Source: Candidatus Levyibacteriota bacterium (GTDB taxonomy: Bacteria; Patescibacteriota; Microgenomatia; Levybacterales; UBA12049). From it: a stretch of DNA of 64,000 nt. Made by a program: the position numbers and the translations under genes. This document shows, piece after piece, positions 1 through 7,246 of the stretch. The DNA is taken from positions 191,310 through 255,309 of the forward strand of contig DAIDHL010000002.1 of NCBI GenBank assembly GCA_027459745.1. Direction: 5' to 3'. The stretch's first letter is position 1. Each line of letters begins with the position of its first letter. Under the pieces are notes generated by a model. It worked only from the letters and a program-made list of their open reading frames with translations. It ran no database searches and was not told the origin of the DNA.

Positions 1-10
1 ACATATTAAT

Positions 11-1807
11 TTGGGGTTAGATAAGATGTTTGCAATTCTAAATTTTTCTGTCGGTAACTCTTTTAATAATATTCCTTCAGTTTCTTCATTGTTATTTGTT
101 TTAGTAAGTGCTGCGTTACTTACGTTAAATATAAAGATTTTAAACCATCGTGTAAGTCAATTTTTCATTTTAATGGGGGGTATAATTTTAAGTCCGACCA
201 TTATCGGGTATGTCTATAACATGCAATTTGTCTACAAAAGTTATATGGAGCCATCTCTGCTTAGTGCGAGTTCTTTTTTATTACTGCTGATAGGACTATT
301 TTTTGTGTTGCCCGAAAAGGGAGTAATGAGAATTGTCATAAGTGAAAGTGCAGGAGGTCTAATGGCGAGAAGACTCTTGTTTTTAACTACTCTGACACCC
401 TTATTACTTGGAGCAATAATTTTAGCTGGTTATAGAGTTGGTTGGTACGATACGGATTATCGATATTTATTATTAATAATGACCACTATTATTGTATATA
501 CACTTTTGATTTGGAGGAATGCAACAGATTTAGATAAAATAGATATTGAAAGACGACGTTCGGTAAAACATATGATTTTTTTGGCCGCGGTAAGCCAAGT
601 TCTTTCAACGTCTCTAAATTATCGTACTACTCTAAGAAACGTTGCTCAATTAGCAATTGGACATATTGCTAATTGGTGCATAATCGATATTATAAATTCT
701 AATAATGCAATAGAAACTGTTACTATTGCGCACGCCGATGCTAAAAAAATTGCTTGGGCGGAAAGGATGCGCAATGCATTTCCTTCAATCTTAAAGAATG
801 AACAAATTATAAGAAGAGTAACAAAAGCTCGTAAATCAGAGTTGTATCCTTTTATAACGAGTCAAATGTTGGCAGAAGGAATTAAAGATAAAAAAACATT
901 AAAGATCGTAACCGAACTCAATCTGCAATCGGTTATGATTGTGCCTCTTTTTTCTCAAAAAAAAGCGTTAGGGACTATGACTTTTTTAAGTACGAATCCT
1001 AATATGCGCTATACAGAAATGGAGTTAGCAATTGCAGAGGAGCTATCTGCACGCGCGTCATTGGCGATAGAAAATGCTCGACTTTATCGCCAAGCCCAGA
1101 ATGCAACTAAACTTAGAGACGAATTTATAAGTATTGCTTCTCATGAATTAAAAACCCCTCTGACCAGTTTGAAGGTTTATGTCCAAGTAATTAATAAACA
1201 ATTACAGAAAAAAGACTTGTTGATAGAAAATAACTATCTTCAACGCATGGATACGCAAATAGATAAATTGAGCAAGTTGATAGAAGATTTACTCAATATT
1301 TCACGCATTAGAGTAGGGAAAATGATGTTTGAATATAAAAACTTTTCTCTAGCAGATCTTACAAAAGAAATTATAGAAATGATACAACCAACCTTAGAAA
1401 AACATAAATTATCATTTAATATAGTTAGCGATTCTATTGTTAATGGGGATAAGGATAGGATTGGACAAATAATTATTAATTTAATTACCAATGCTATTAA
1501 GTACTCTCCTAATGCGGATAAGGTAAAAGTGACTGTAGCTGCCTTAGAAAAAAATAAATGTATTGTTTCTGTAGAGGATTTCGGAATCGGTATAGATAAA
1601 AAACACATTTCCAAAATATTTAATCGTTTTTATCAGATCAAGGATAAAGAAGCTAGAGGAATACCGGGTTTGGGTATTGGTCTTTATTTGTCTCATGAAA
1701 TTGCACAACGCCATGATGGAGAGATACGCATTCAAAGTAAGAAAGGTAAAGGATCAATCTTTTCTTTGATATTACCTTGTCAACAAAATTTAAAGCTGAC
1801 TAAATAA
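11..1807 (+). CDS. Membrane-bound GAF-domain sensor histidine kinase (probably 5'-truncated by the window edge)
   Basis: Several N-terminal TM helices, GAF-like region, H-box SHELKTPLTSL, N-box NLITNAIKYS, G1 DFGIGI, G2 GLGIGL; the frame is open back to the window start. Confidence 0.9.
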   Translation: MGLDKMFAILNFSVGNSFNNIPSVSSLLFVLVSAALLTLNIKILNHRVSQFFILMGGIILSPTIIGYVYNMQFVYKSYMEPSLLSASSFLLLLIGLFFVLPEKGVMRIVISESAGGLMARRLLFLTTLTPLLLGAIILAGYRVGWYDTDYRYLLLIMTTIIVYTLLIWRNATDLDKIDIERRRSVKHMIFLAAVSQVLSTSLNYRTTLRNVAQLAIGHIANWCIIDIINSNNAIETVTIAHADAKKIAWAERMRNAFPSILKNEQIIRRVTKARKSELYPFITSQMLAEGIKDKKTLKIVTELNLQSVMIVPLFSQKKALGTMTFLSTNPNMRYTEMELAIAEELSARASLAIENARLYRQAQNATKLRDEFISIASHELKTPLTSLKVYVQVINKQLQKKDLLIENNYLQRMDTQIDKLSKLIEDLLNISRIRVGKMMFEYKNFSLADLTKEIIEMIQPTLEKHKLSFNIVSDSIVNGDKDRIGQIIINLITNAIKYSPNADKVKVTVAALEKNKCIVSVEDFGIGIDKKHISKIFNRFYQIKDKEARGIPGLGIGLYLSHEIAQRHDGEIRIQSKKGKGSIFSLILPCQQNLKLTK

Positions 1808-1812
1808 TCTGT

Positions 1813-1828
1813 CTTACTTTATCCTTAC
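1813..1828 (+). promoter_or_regulatory. Direct repeat CTTAC-N6-CTTAC, putative response-regulator box
   Basis: CTTACtttatcCTTAC, 11-bp period; a -10-like TAACAT starts 32 nt downstream; same motif at 2202 and 6559. Confidence 0.5.
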
Positions 1829-1892
1829 CTTATTTATACTCGCTTTTAGAATACCTGTTTTAACATTATTTATATGAGAAAGGAGGTGGGAT

Positions 1893-2135
1893 ATGGGTTT
1901 AATAGCTTGGATAATTTTAGGAGCGATAGCTGGCTATCTGGCTTCTGTTATCATGAAGTCTGGTCATGGCATCTTGGCTGATATAATTCTAGGAATAATC
2001 GGTGGATTAGTGGGGGGATTCCTCATGAACCTATTGGGACAGCCAGGAGTGAGTGGTTTTAATTTATACAGTTTGATTGTTGCCTTAGTCGGAGCAATCG
2101 TTCTGATTTGGATAGGAAGAGTAGTCTATCATTAA
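1893..2135 (+). CDS. GlsB/YeaQ/YmgE family (transglycosylase-associated) stress membrane protein
   Basis: MGLIAWIILGAIAGYLA...IILGIIGGLVGG pattern; strong SD AAAGGAGGT upstream. Confidence 0.9.
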   Translation: MGLIAWIILGAIAGYLASVIMKSGHGILADIILGIIGGLVGGFLMNLLGQPGVSGFNLYSLIVALVGAIVLIWIGRVVYH

Positions 2136-2154
2136 GTTAATTAGTTTTTCTGAT

Positions 2155-2189
2155 AAAAGAGGAATGTGAAGTCATATTCCTCTTTTTTT
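2155..2189 (+). terminator. Intrinsic terminator
   Basis: AAAAGAGGAATGTGA-ag-TCATATTCCTCTTTT stem followed by a T run. Confidence 0.85.
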
Positions 2190-2201
2190 GCCTCATCTGT
2201 T

Positions 2202-2217
2202 CTTACTCGTTACTTAC
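2202..2217 (+). promoter_or_regulatory. Direct repeat CTTAC-N6-CTTAC upstream of a TTGCTT-16-TAGAAT promoter
   Basis: CTTACtcgttaCTTAC; -10 TAGAAT at 2250-2255, 32 nt downstream as at site 1813. Confidence 0.5.
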
Positions 2218-2262
2218 TCAATTTTAATTGCTTTTAAACGGTAGTAATTTAGAATTAAATTA

Positions 2263-2583
2263 ATGGTAGGTGCATTAATCATAATTTTGGCTATTCTGTG
2301 GTTCTTGGGTTATATTCATATTGGTGGGGTAGCAGTGCCCAATATACCTCTTTTTACACTTAATAGTCAGGTAATCACACTCTGGGATGTGTTGATTTTG
2401 CTGGTTTTGGCTACAATCGTAGGAGTATTACCATCTCCTTTTAGACAGATTGCAGGAGTAATTTTAATCTTCTGGATTCTGTCTGTATTAGGAATTCTGG
2501 TATTTGCCGGATTATCAAGTCTGTTAGTATTAGCTGTTGTTGTAGGATTAATATTTTACGCTCTTGGGGGCGCATTTCTATAA
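2263..2583 (+). CDS. Small multi-pass membrane protein, unknown function
   Basis: Highly hydrophobic 106-aa ORF with its own promoter-like sequence. Confidence 0.75.
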   Translation: MVGALIIILAILWFLGYIHIGGVAVPNIPLFTLNSQVITLWDVLILLVLATIVGVLPSPFRQIAGVILIFWILSVLGILVFAGLSSLLVLAVVVGLIFYALGGAFL

Positions 2584-2604
2584 TTAATATTCTTAATTGG
2601 TGCT

Positions 2605-3219
2605 TTATAAAATTGTCAAAAGTTTTTGCATATCTTCCATTAAGGTTTTCTTTAAACTGCCGGTATATAAAGCAGCAGCAGGATGGTAAAGGGGAAAAAT
2701 TATGACTTCTCCATACTCTGTTTTAGCTTTTATCGATCTGCCATGTAGTCTAGTAATAGTTTGTCCGGATTCGGGTAGATTAAATTTATCCAAAATATAC
2801 TGCATAGAAAATCTACCTAGGGTAGCTATGATTTTAGGTTGAATAATATTAATTTGTTCATCCAAAAAAGGTGAATAAAGCTTTATTTCTTCTGGAGACG
2901 GATCTCGATTTTTGGGTGGACGATCCTTTACGATATTAGAAATATATACATCTGCTCTTTTTAGATTTATTGATTCTAGGAGTTGATCTAATAATTTACC
3001 TGCAGCCCCGCAAAATGGTCTACCTGTTTGTGCTTCTTTTTCTCCCGGAGCTTCACCGATAAACATAATTTTTGCATCATGAGCGCCTTCACCAATTACA
3101 GGATAGTAGTGATTTTCCGTTCGGTAGGAGTAAAGTGGGGATTCTTTAAGAATCCAAATTCTACCCAAAATATTTTTAAGTTTTTTATCTCGCTTTAAAA
3201 GCTCTGCGTTATTAACCAT
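2605..3219 (-). CDS. Uracil-DNA glycosylase, family 4 type (lacks the Fe-S cysteines)
   Basis: GEAPG, GRPFxGAAG, VKDRPPKNRDP, TLGRF and YHPAA motifs; ATG at 3219 preferred over TTG at 3225. Confidence 0.9.
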   Translation of the reverse strand: MVNNAELLKRDKKLKNILGRIWILKESPLYSYRTENHYYPVIGEGAHDAKIMFIGEAPGEKEAQTGRPFCGAAGKLLDQLLESINLKRADVYISNIVKDRPPKNRDPSPEEIKLYSPFLDEQINIIQPKIIATLGRFSMQYILDKFNLPESGQTITRLHGRSIKAKTEYGEVIIFPLYHPAAALYTGSLKKTLMEDMQKLLTIL

Positions 3220-3260
3220 TTGCAATTAATTCATATACTGTATATCATTTGAAGTAATTT

Positions 3261-4250
3261 ATGCAACATAAATATTTTTATACGATTGAAGCCAAAGACG
3301 AGGCTGATTTGGGCCGACAGAAAGGAGAGCTATTTGGGGATGTTGCTAGGGAGACTTTGCACAAACGGCAAGCAGAAAGGAACTGGTCTAAAAAAGTAGA
3401 ATTGGCCAAACATTATTATGATTTCACATTGGCTCATTTTCCACAGTATATTGAAGAAATAAAAGCTTATGCCAAAGCGTCTAATATCTCACTTGCCGAC
3501 TTTTGGCTATTGAGCTTAGAAATAGAGTTAGATTATATGGATAGCGAAAAATGCTCAACTATTGTTACCAATGGAGGTAAGTTGCTCTCACATAACGAGG
3601 ATTGGGAAAGAGGTTCGGAGGACAAAATTTGTATCGTTAAAAAAACTATTCATGGATTAACTACTTTAGAATTTTTTTATTACAATACCTTAGGTAATGC
3701 GTCAGTATGTATTAGCTCGAATGGCTATGTGATGACTTTGAATGACTTAGAATCCACAGACCGACAAATTGGTATTCCCCGTAATGTTATTGCTCGTTGG
3801 TTATCAGAAACAAAAGATCTAAAATCTGATTTTAACAAGATGCAGACTTTAAAGAGGGCTTCAGGGTATAATCATATTTTTATAACCACACATGGCCAAA
3901 CATGGAATTTGGAAAGCAGCGCCACGCAGTCTGTTCTCTATCAACCAGAATTACCTTATGCCCATACAAATCATTTTATAACAAAGGAGTTAGTTAAATA
4001 TGAAGCACCCGGTGATCCAGGTAGCACCTATAATCGCCTGGATTCTGCCTGTAAGTTAATGAAGTCTCAGATGTCAGTTGAAGAAATAAAGAAATTAAAT
4101 AGTGATAATAGTTTAGGTGAAGACCAAAGCTTATTTAATGAAAGAACAATAGGCAGATTTATTGTAGATTTAGAGAAAAAGAATGCGTATATCTGGCTAA
4201 AAAGAGAAGCAGAAAAAGACTGGATAGCATACCCACTAGATTTTATCTAA
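3261..4250 (+). CDS. Peptidase C45 / acyl-CoA:6-APA acyltransferase-like Ntn hydrolase
   Basis: Internal Cys nucleophile in EKCSTI followed by HNEDW; HTNHF; S..R motif. Confidence 0.8.
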   Translation: MQHKYFYTIEAKDEADLGRQKGELFGDVARETLHKRQAERNWSKKVELAKHYYDFTLAHFPQYIEEIKAYAKASNISLADFWLLSLEIELDYMDSEKCSTIVTNGGKLLSHNEDWERGSEDKICIVKKTIHGLTTLEFFYYNTLGNASVCISSNGYVMTLNDLESTDRQIGIPRNVIARWLSETKDLKSDFNKMQTLKRASGYNHIFITTHGQTWNLESSATQSVLYQPELPYAHTNHFITKELVKYEAPGDPGSTYNRLDSACKLMKSQMSVEEIKKLNSDNSLGEDQSLFNERTIGRFIVDLEKKNAYIWLKREAEKDWIAYPLDFI

Positions 4251-4558
4251 CTTTTATATTTCAGCCACTTATTTTGTACAGCTTTTTCAATGTCGATATT
4301 ATGATACCTTGCTATTAGCAGTGTTTGTGAAAAGACATCAGCAATCTCATCAGCTAAATCTTTACGTAATTCTAAGGTAGATTTATCTTTAATTCTACTT
4401 TGTTTTTGTAAACTTAAATAGGCTTTGGTTAGTTCTCCTACTTCTTCTTGTAATTTTAAAATGTACCAATCTTTATTACGTGTGATAGAAAATCTTTCAG
4501 TATAAATTCTAGAAATATATTCAACTTCCTCGGAGATTTTTGCGAGTGTAACTTTCAT
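4247..4558 (-). CDS. MazG-like nucleotide pyrophosphohydrolase
   Basis: KLQEEVGEL ... DEIADV acidic metal-binding motifs. Confidence 0.85.
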   Translation of the reverse strand: MKVTLAKISEEVEYISRIYTERFSITRNKDWYILKLQEEVGELTKAYLSLQKQSRIKDKSTLELRKDLADEIADVFSQTLLIARYHNIDIEKAVQNKWLKYKS

Positions 4559-4559
4559 A

Positions 4560-5129
4560 TTAATGATATTTACGAATCACACTAATGACGACTCCACCAA
4601 TCATTAGGTCTCCTTTAGGAAAAATCAGAGGATAGTTTGGATTTGCAGGAACCAAGTGTACACCAGCATTATTTTTACGATAATATTTAATAGTCCATTC
4701 ATTATCAACACAAGCGGCTACCACATCGCCATTTTGTGGAGTTCGGTATTTATCAACAATTACCACATCTCCCTCATTGATGCCTTCCTCAATCATTGAA
4801 TCACCTTTTACAATAAGTGAAAAAATTGCTCCGGGAAGATTGAGCAAATATTCATATAGGTCGACGCTGTCATCGGCAAGCGCTTCCCCTGGGGTGGGAT
4901 ATCCTGCCTTGATAATTCCCAATTGAGGAATTGAGAATAAGCGCTTGGGAGAAAGTTTACCCTTGCTGTCTTTCTCCAACAGACCAGCTTCAATTAATTT
5001 ATTGACCAAGTCGAAAACTGCCTTTTTCGAAGCAAAACCAAATATTATACACATTTCAGCATAAGAGGGGAGACGTCTTTGCTGAATAAAGAATTTTTTA
5101 AGTTTATTACTAGCAGATTCGATTGTCAT
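4560..5129 (-). CDS. lexA: LexA-family repressor (winged HTH plus S24 autopeptidase)
   Basis: PSYAEM..FGFASK HTH; AG cleavage site (IKAGYP); GDSM catalytic Ser; TIK catalytic Lys. Confidence 0.8.
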   Translation of the reverse strand: MTIESASNKLKKFFIQQRRLPSYAEMCIIFGFASKKAVFDLVNKLIEAGLLEKDSKGKLSPKRLFSIPQLGIIKAGYPTPGEALADDSVDLYEYLLNLPGAIFSLIVKGDSMIEEGINEGDVVIVDKYRTPQNGDVVAACVDNEWTIKYYRKNNAGVHLVPANPNYPLIFPKGDLMIGGVVISVIRKYH

Positions 5130-5141
5130 CAAAAATAATAT

Positions 5142-5163
5142 ACAGTAAACAATCGTTCACTGT
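5142..5163. promoter_or_regulatory. Palindromic operator (SOS-box-like) inside the lexA promoter
   Basis: ACAGTAAAC-AATC-GTTCACTGT (8 of 9 bp inverted), lying between minus-strand TTGACA (5166-5161) and TATATT (5142-5137). Confidence 0.7.
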
Positions 5164-5235
5164 CAATAGACAAAATTAATACCTACTAGTTGTGGAGTTG
5201 CAATGAAAACCCACAGTTGGTAAAATACTTTTCCT

Positions 5236-5523
5236 ATGAAATTACCTATAAAAGATGAATTGAGGTATTGGTCTGAACCGCGCAAAGAAGGTTTAAGATT
5301 AGCCCAAAGAGATTTGGAGATTGCCGCTCATGTAAAAAGACTTAATATTTCCAGCTCTGCACGTCCAGAACCCCGGAGTGTTGGTTTATACAAAAATTTA
5401 GAGACAACAGTGTTTCAAAGACCTGTAAGTATAAAACCTTTTGATAGAACAAGCTACACAGAGGTATTAGTAAGAGCACATCAGCTTAGCAAAAAACAAA
5501 ATGATAGCGGAACTGGGAAATAA
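5236..5523 (+). CDS. Hypothetical basic protein
   Basis: 95-aa ORF preceded by TTGCAA-17-TAAAAT; no recognisable motif. Confidence 0.5.
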   Translation: MKLPIKDELRYWSEPRKEGLRLAQRDLEIAAHVKRLNISSSARPEPRSVGLYKNLETTVFQRPVSIKPFDRTSYTEVLVRAHQLSKKQNDSGTGK

Positions 5524-5534
5524 GAGGGCAGTGT

Positions 5535-5831
5535 TTACTCTTTCATTCCCCATTTCTCCATATCATCAATTACGGTTTTCAGTGATGTGCCTCTCTTGGT
5601 TAAAGAATATTCTACATGTAAAGGTATTTCTGCAAATACTTTTTTGTGCACGATGCCATGCTTCTCTAATTGTTGCAACCTAAGGGATAAAGTTTTAGGG
5701 CTTATTCCATTCAATGACCTTTGTAGTTCTCCGAAGCGTTTAGTACCCGAACACAATTGATGCAAAATCAAAATAGTCCATTTACTGCCGATAATTTTTA
5801 ATGTCTTAGTTACGCCACAATGTTTTCTCAT
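5535..5831 (-). CDS. HxlR-family winged-helix transcriptional regulator
   Basis: C...L..IGSKW..IL..L..GTKRFGEL...ISPKTLS.RL..LE..G.V......P..VEYSLT. Confidence 0.92.
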   Translation of the reverse strand: MRKHCGVTKTLKIIGSKWTILILHQLCSGTKRFGELQRSLNGISPKTLSLRLQQLEKHGIVHKKVFAEIPLHVEYSLTKRGTSLKTVIDDMEKWGMKE

Positions 5832-5846
5832 AAAAATATTTAATCA

Positions 5847-5883
5847 TACTATACAAAATGTAACTACTTTACAAAAGGAAGTA
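5847..5883. promoter_or_regulatory. Tandem putative HxlR-family operators
   Basis: TACTATACAAAATGTAAC then TACTTTACAAAAGGAAGTA (18-bp period; the second copy is TACTT-N9-AAGTA), between the divergent hxlR and LUD genes. Confidence 0.55.
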
Positions 5884-5906
5884 TAGATGATATTCTATCA
5901 CAAGTT

Positions 5907-6530
5907 ATGAAAGATTGGAAACAAATACCAGACGATAAAACGTTAGAAACAACTGCGGAAAAACTCACAGCTAATGGATTCAATAGTATCATCGTAAAAA
6001 ATGGGGAAGAGGCAAAGAAAAAAGCTTTAGAATTAATTCCTGAAGGTTCAGAAGTCATGACTATGACTTCAATTACACTTGCAACATTGGGTTTAAATGA
6101 AGTGTTTGACGAGTCGGGTAAGTACGAATCAGTTAAAGCTCGATTGAATAAAATGGATCGCAGTACCCAGGGTTTAGAAATGCAAAAATTAGGTGCGGCA
6201 CCAGAATACTCTATTGGCAGTGTGCATGCGGTAACTCAGGATGGCAAAGTTTTAATTGCTTCAAACTCAGGTAGTCAGTTGCCAGGGTATGTATATGGAT
6301 CGTCTCATGTAGTGTGGATAGTAGGAGCGCAGAAGATAGTCAAAGACATTGCAGAAGGAGAGCAAAGGATCAAAGAATATATAGTTCCTATTGAATCTGT
6401 AAGAGCACGCAAGGCTTATGGATTGCCTGAAGATTGGAACACTTTCGTTAGTAAATTAGTTATATATAATAGAGAGGTAAATCCTTCTCGTATTAATTTA
6501 ATTATCGTTAAAGAAATCTTAGGCTTCTAA
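5907..6530 (+). CDS. LUD-domain (lactate utilisation LutC/DUF162-like) protein
   Basis: L..NGF, SVHAVTQDG, SGSQ, VGAQKIV, and terminal I...E.LGF pattern. Confidence 0.8.
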   Translation: MKDWKQIPDDKTLETTAEKLTANGFNSIIVKNGEEAKKKALELIPEGSEVMTMTSITLATLGLNEVFDESGKYESVKARLNKMDRSTQGLEMQKLGAAPEYSIGSVHAVTQDGKVLIASNSGSQLPGYVYGSSHVVWIVGAQKIVKDIAEGEQRIKEYIVPIESVRARKAYGLPEDWNTFVSKLVIYNREVNPSRINLIIVKEILGF

Positions 6531-6664
6531 AGATATTAGTTTTCACGGGCAGCTGTTTCTTATTTAATTCTTACAATCTTCCAACATTACTTTGTTTTAA
6601 CGCTTGTAATAATATTCATATTAAATCCTCTACTAGCTTAACTAAACTAAATATAGTGATTAAT

Positions 6665-6823
6665 ATGCAACATATTGAAAATGATTCTAATAGTAGTTTG
6701 TTTATCGGTTTGATTGTTCTGATAATTGCAATAGCTTTTTTAATGATTTATGGATTATCCCACCTAAACAACAGTACATCGTTAACTGGATTAGGATTGA
6801 ATTCTCAAGTTTTTTTCTCCTGA
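6665..6823 (+). CDS. Small single-TM peptide, 52 aa (not in ORF track)
   Basis: MQHIENDSNSSLFIGLIVLIIAIAFLMIYGLSHLNNSTSLTGLGLNSQVFFS; CTTAT-N6-CTTAC box upstream at 6559-6574. Confidence 0.5.
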   Translation: MQHIENDSNSSLFIGLIVLIIAIAFLMIYGLSHLNNSTSLTGLGLNSQVFFS

Positions 6824-7036
6824 TTTCTTTCATCTTCCTTACAGAAAATTAGTTTATTTATCATATACAGGGTTTATTATTGTTTCATAATAATAATTAA
6901 CATATTTAAGAATGTTAATTATATTACTGAGACATCTGCATTCCAAAACGACCCAACATTAACGTTTGGTTAATGCAAGTCCAGTAATAATGAATCAGGC
7001 AGGTTTATTATTACAATAATATAATTTAGTTATTAT

Positions 7037-7123
7037 ATGACACAATTTATTGAATGGGTAAATAAACAGGTATATCAGATCTTAAGTGCATTTATTACAG
7101 TATTTTCAGCACCAATACAATAA
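7037..7123 (+). CDS. Putative 28-aa amphipathic peptide (not in ORF track)
   Basis: MTQFIEWVNKQVYQILSAFITVFSAPIQ; TATAAT at 7020-7025; strong terminator downstream. Confidence 0.4.
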   Translation: MTQFIEWVNKQVYQILSAFITVFSAPIQ

Positions 7124-7154
7124 GCGAGTGCTACAATTCGTTAGTAATAAACGG

Positions 7155-7187
7155 AGGAGAGAAGGGGGGCAGCTTCTCTCCTTTTTT
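7155..7187 (+). terminator. Intrinsic terminator
   Basis: AGGAGAGAAG-N8-CTTCTCTCCT followed by a T run. Confidence 0.85.
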
Positions 7188-7203
7188 GTAATCAATTATC
7201 TAG

Positions 7204-7230
7204 ATAGCACTTGACACCTCATACTGCTAA
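7204..7230 (+). promoter_or_regulatory. CIRCE-like (HrcA) operator overlapping the clpB -35
   Basis: ATAGCACTT-N9-TACTGCTAA versus consensus TTAGCACTC-N9-GAGTGCTAA (7/9 in each arm); overlaps TTGACA-17-AATAAT. Confidence 0.65.
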
Positions 7231-7246
7231 TGCAATAATAGGGAAT

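Noticed and set aside
5185-5221. Imperfect G:U-rich hairpin over the promoter of the 5236 ORF
   Set aside because: Single copy with many wobble pairs; cannot be told from chance or a decayed repeat
7106-7134. Second CIRCE-like pair TCAGCACCA..GAGTGCTAC
   Set aside because: The spacer is 11 nt rather than 9, and it lies upstream of the terminator rather than in the clpB promoter
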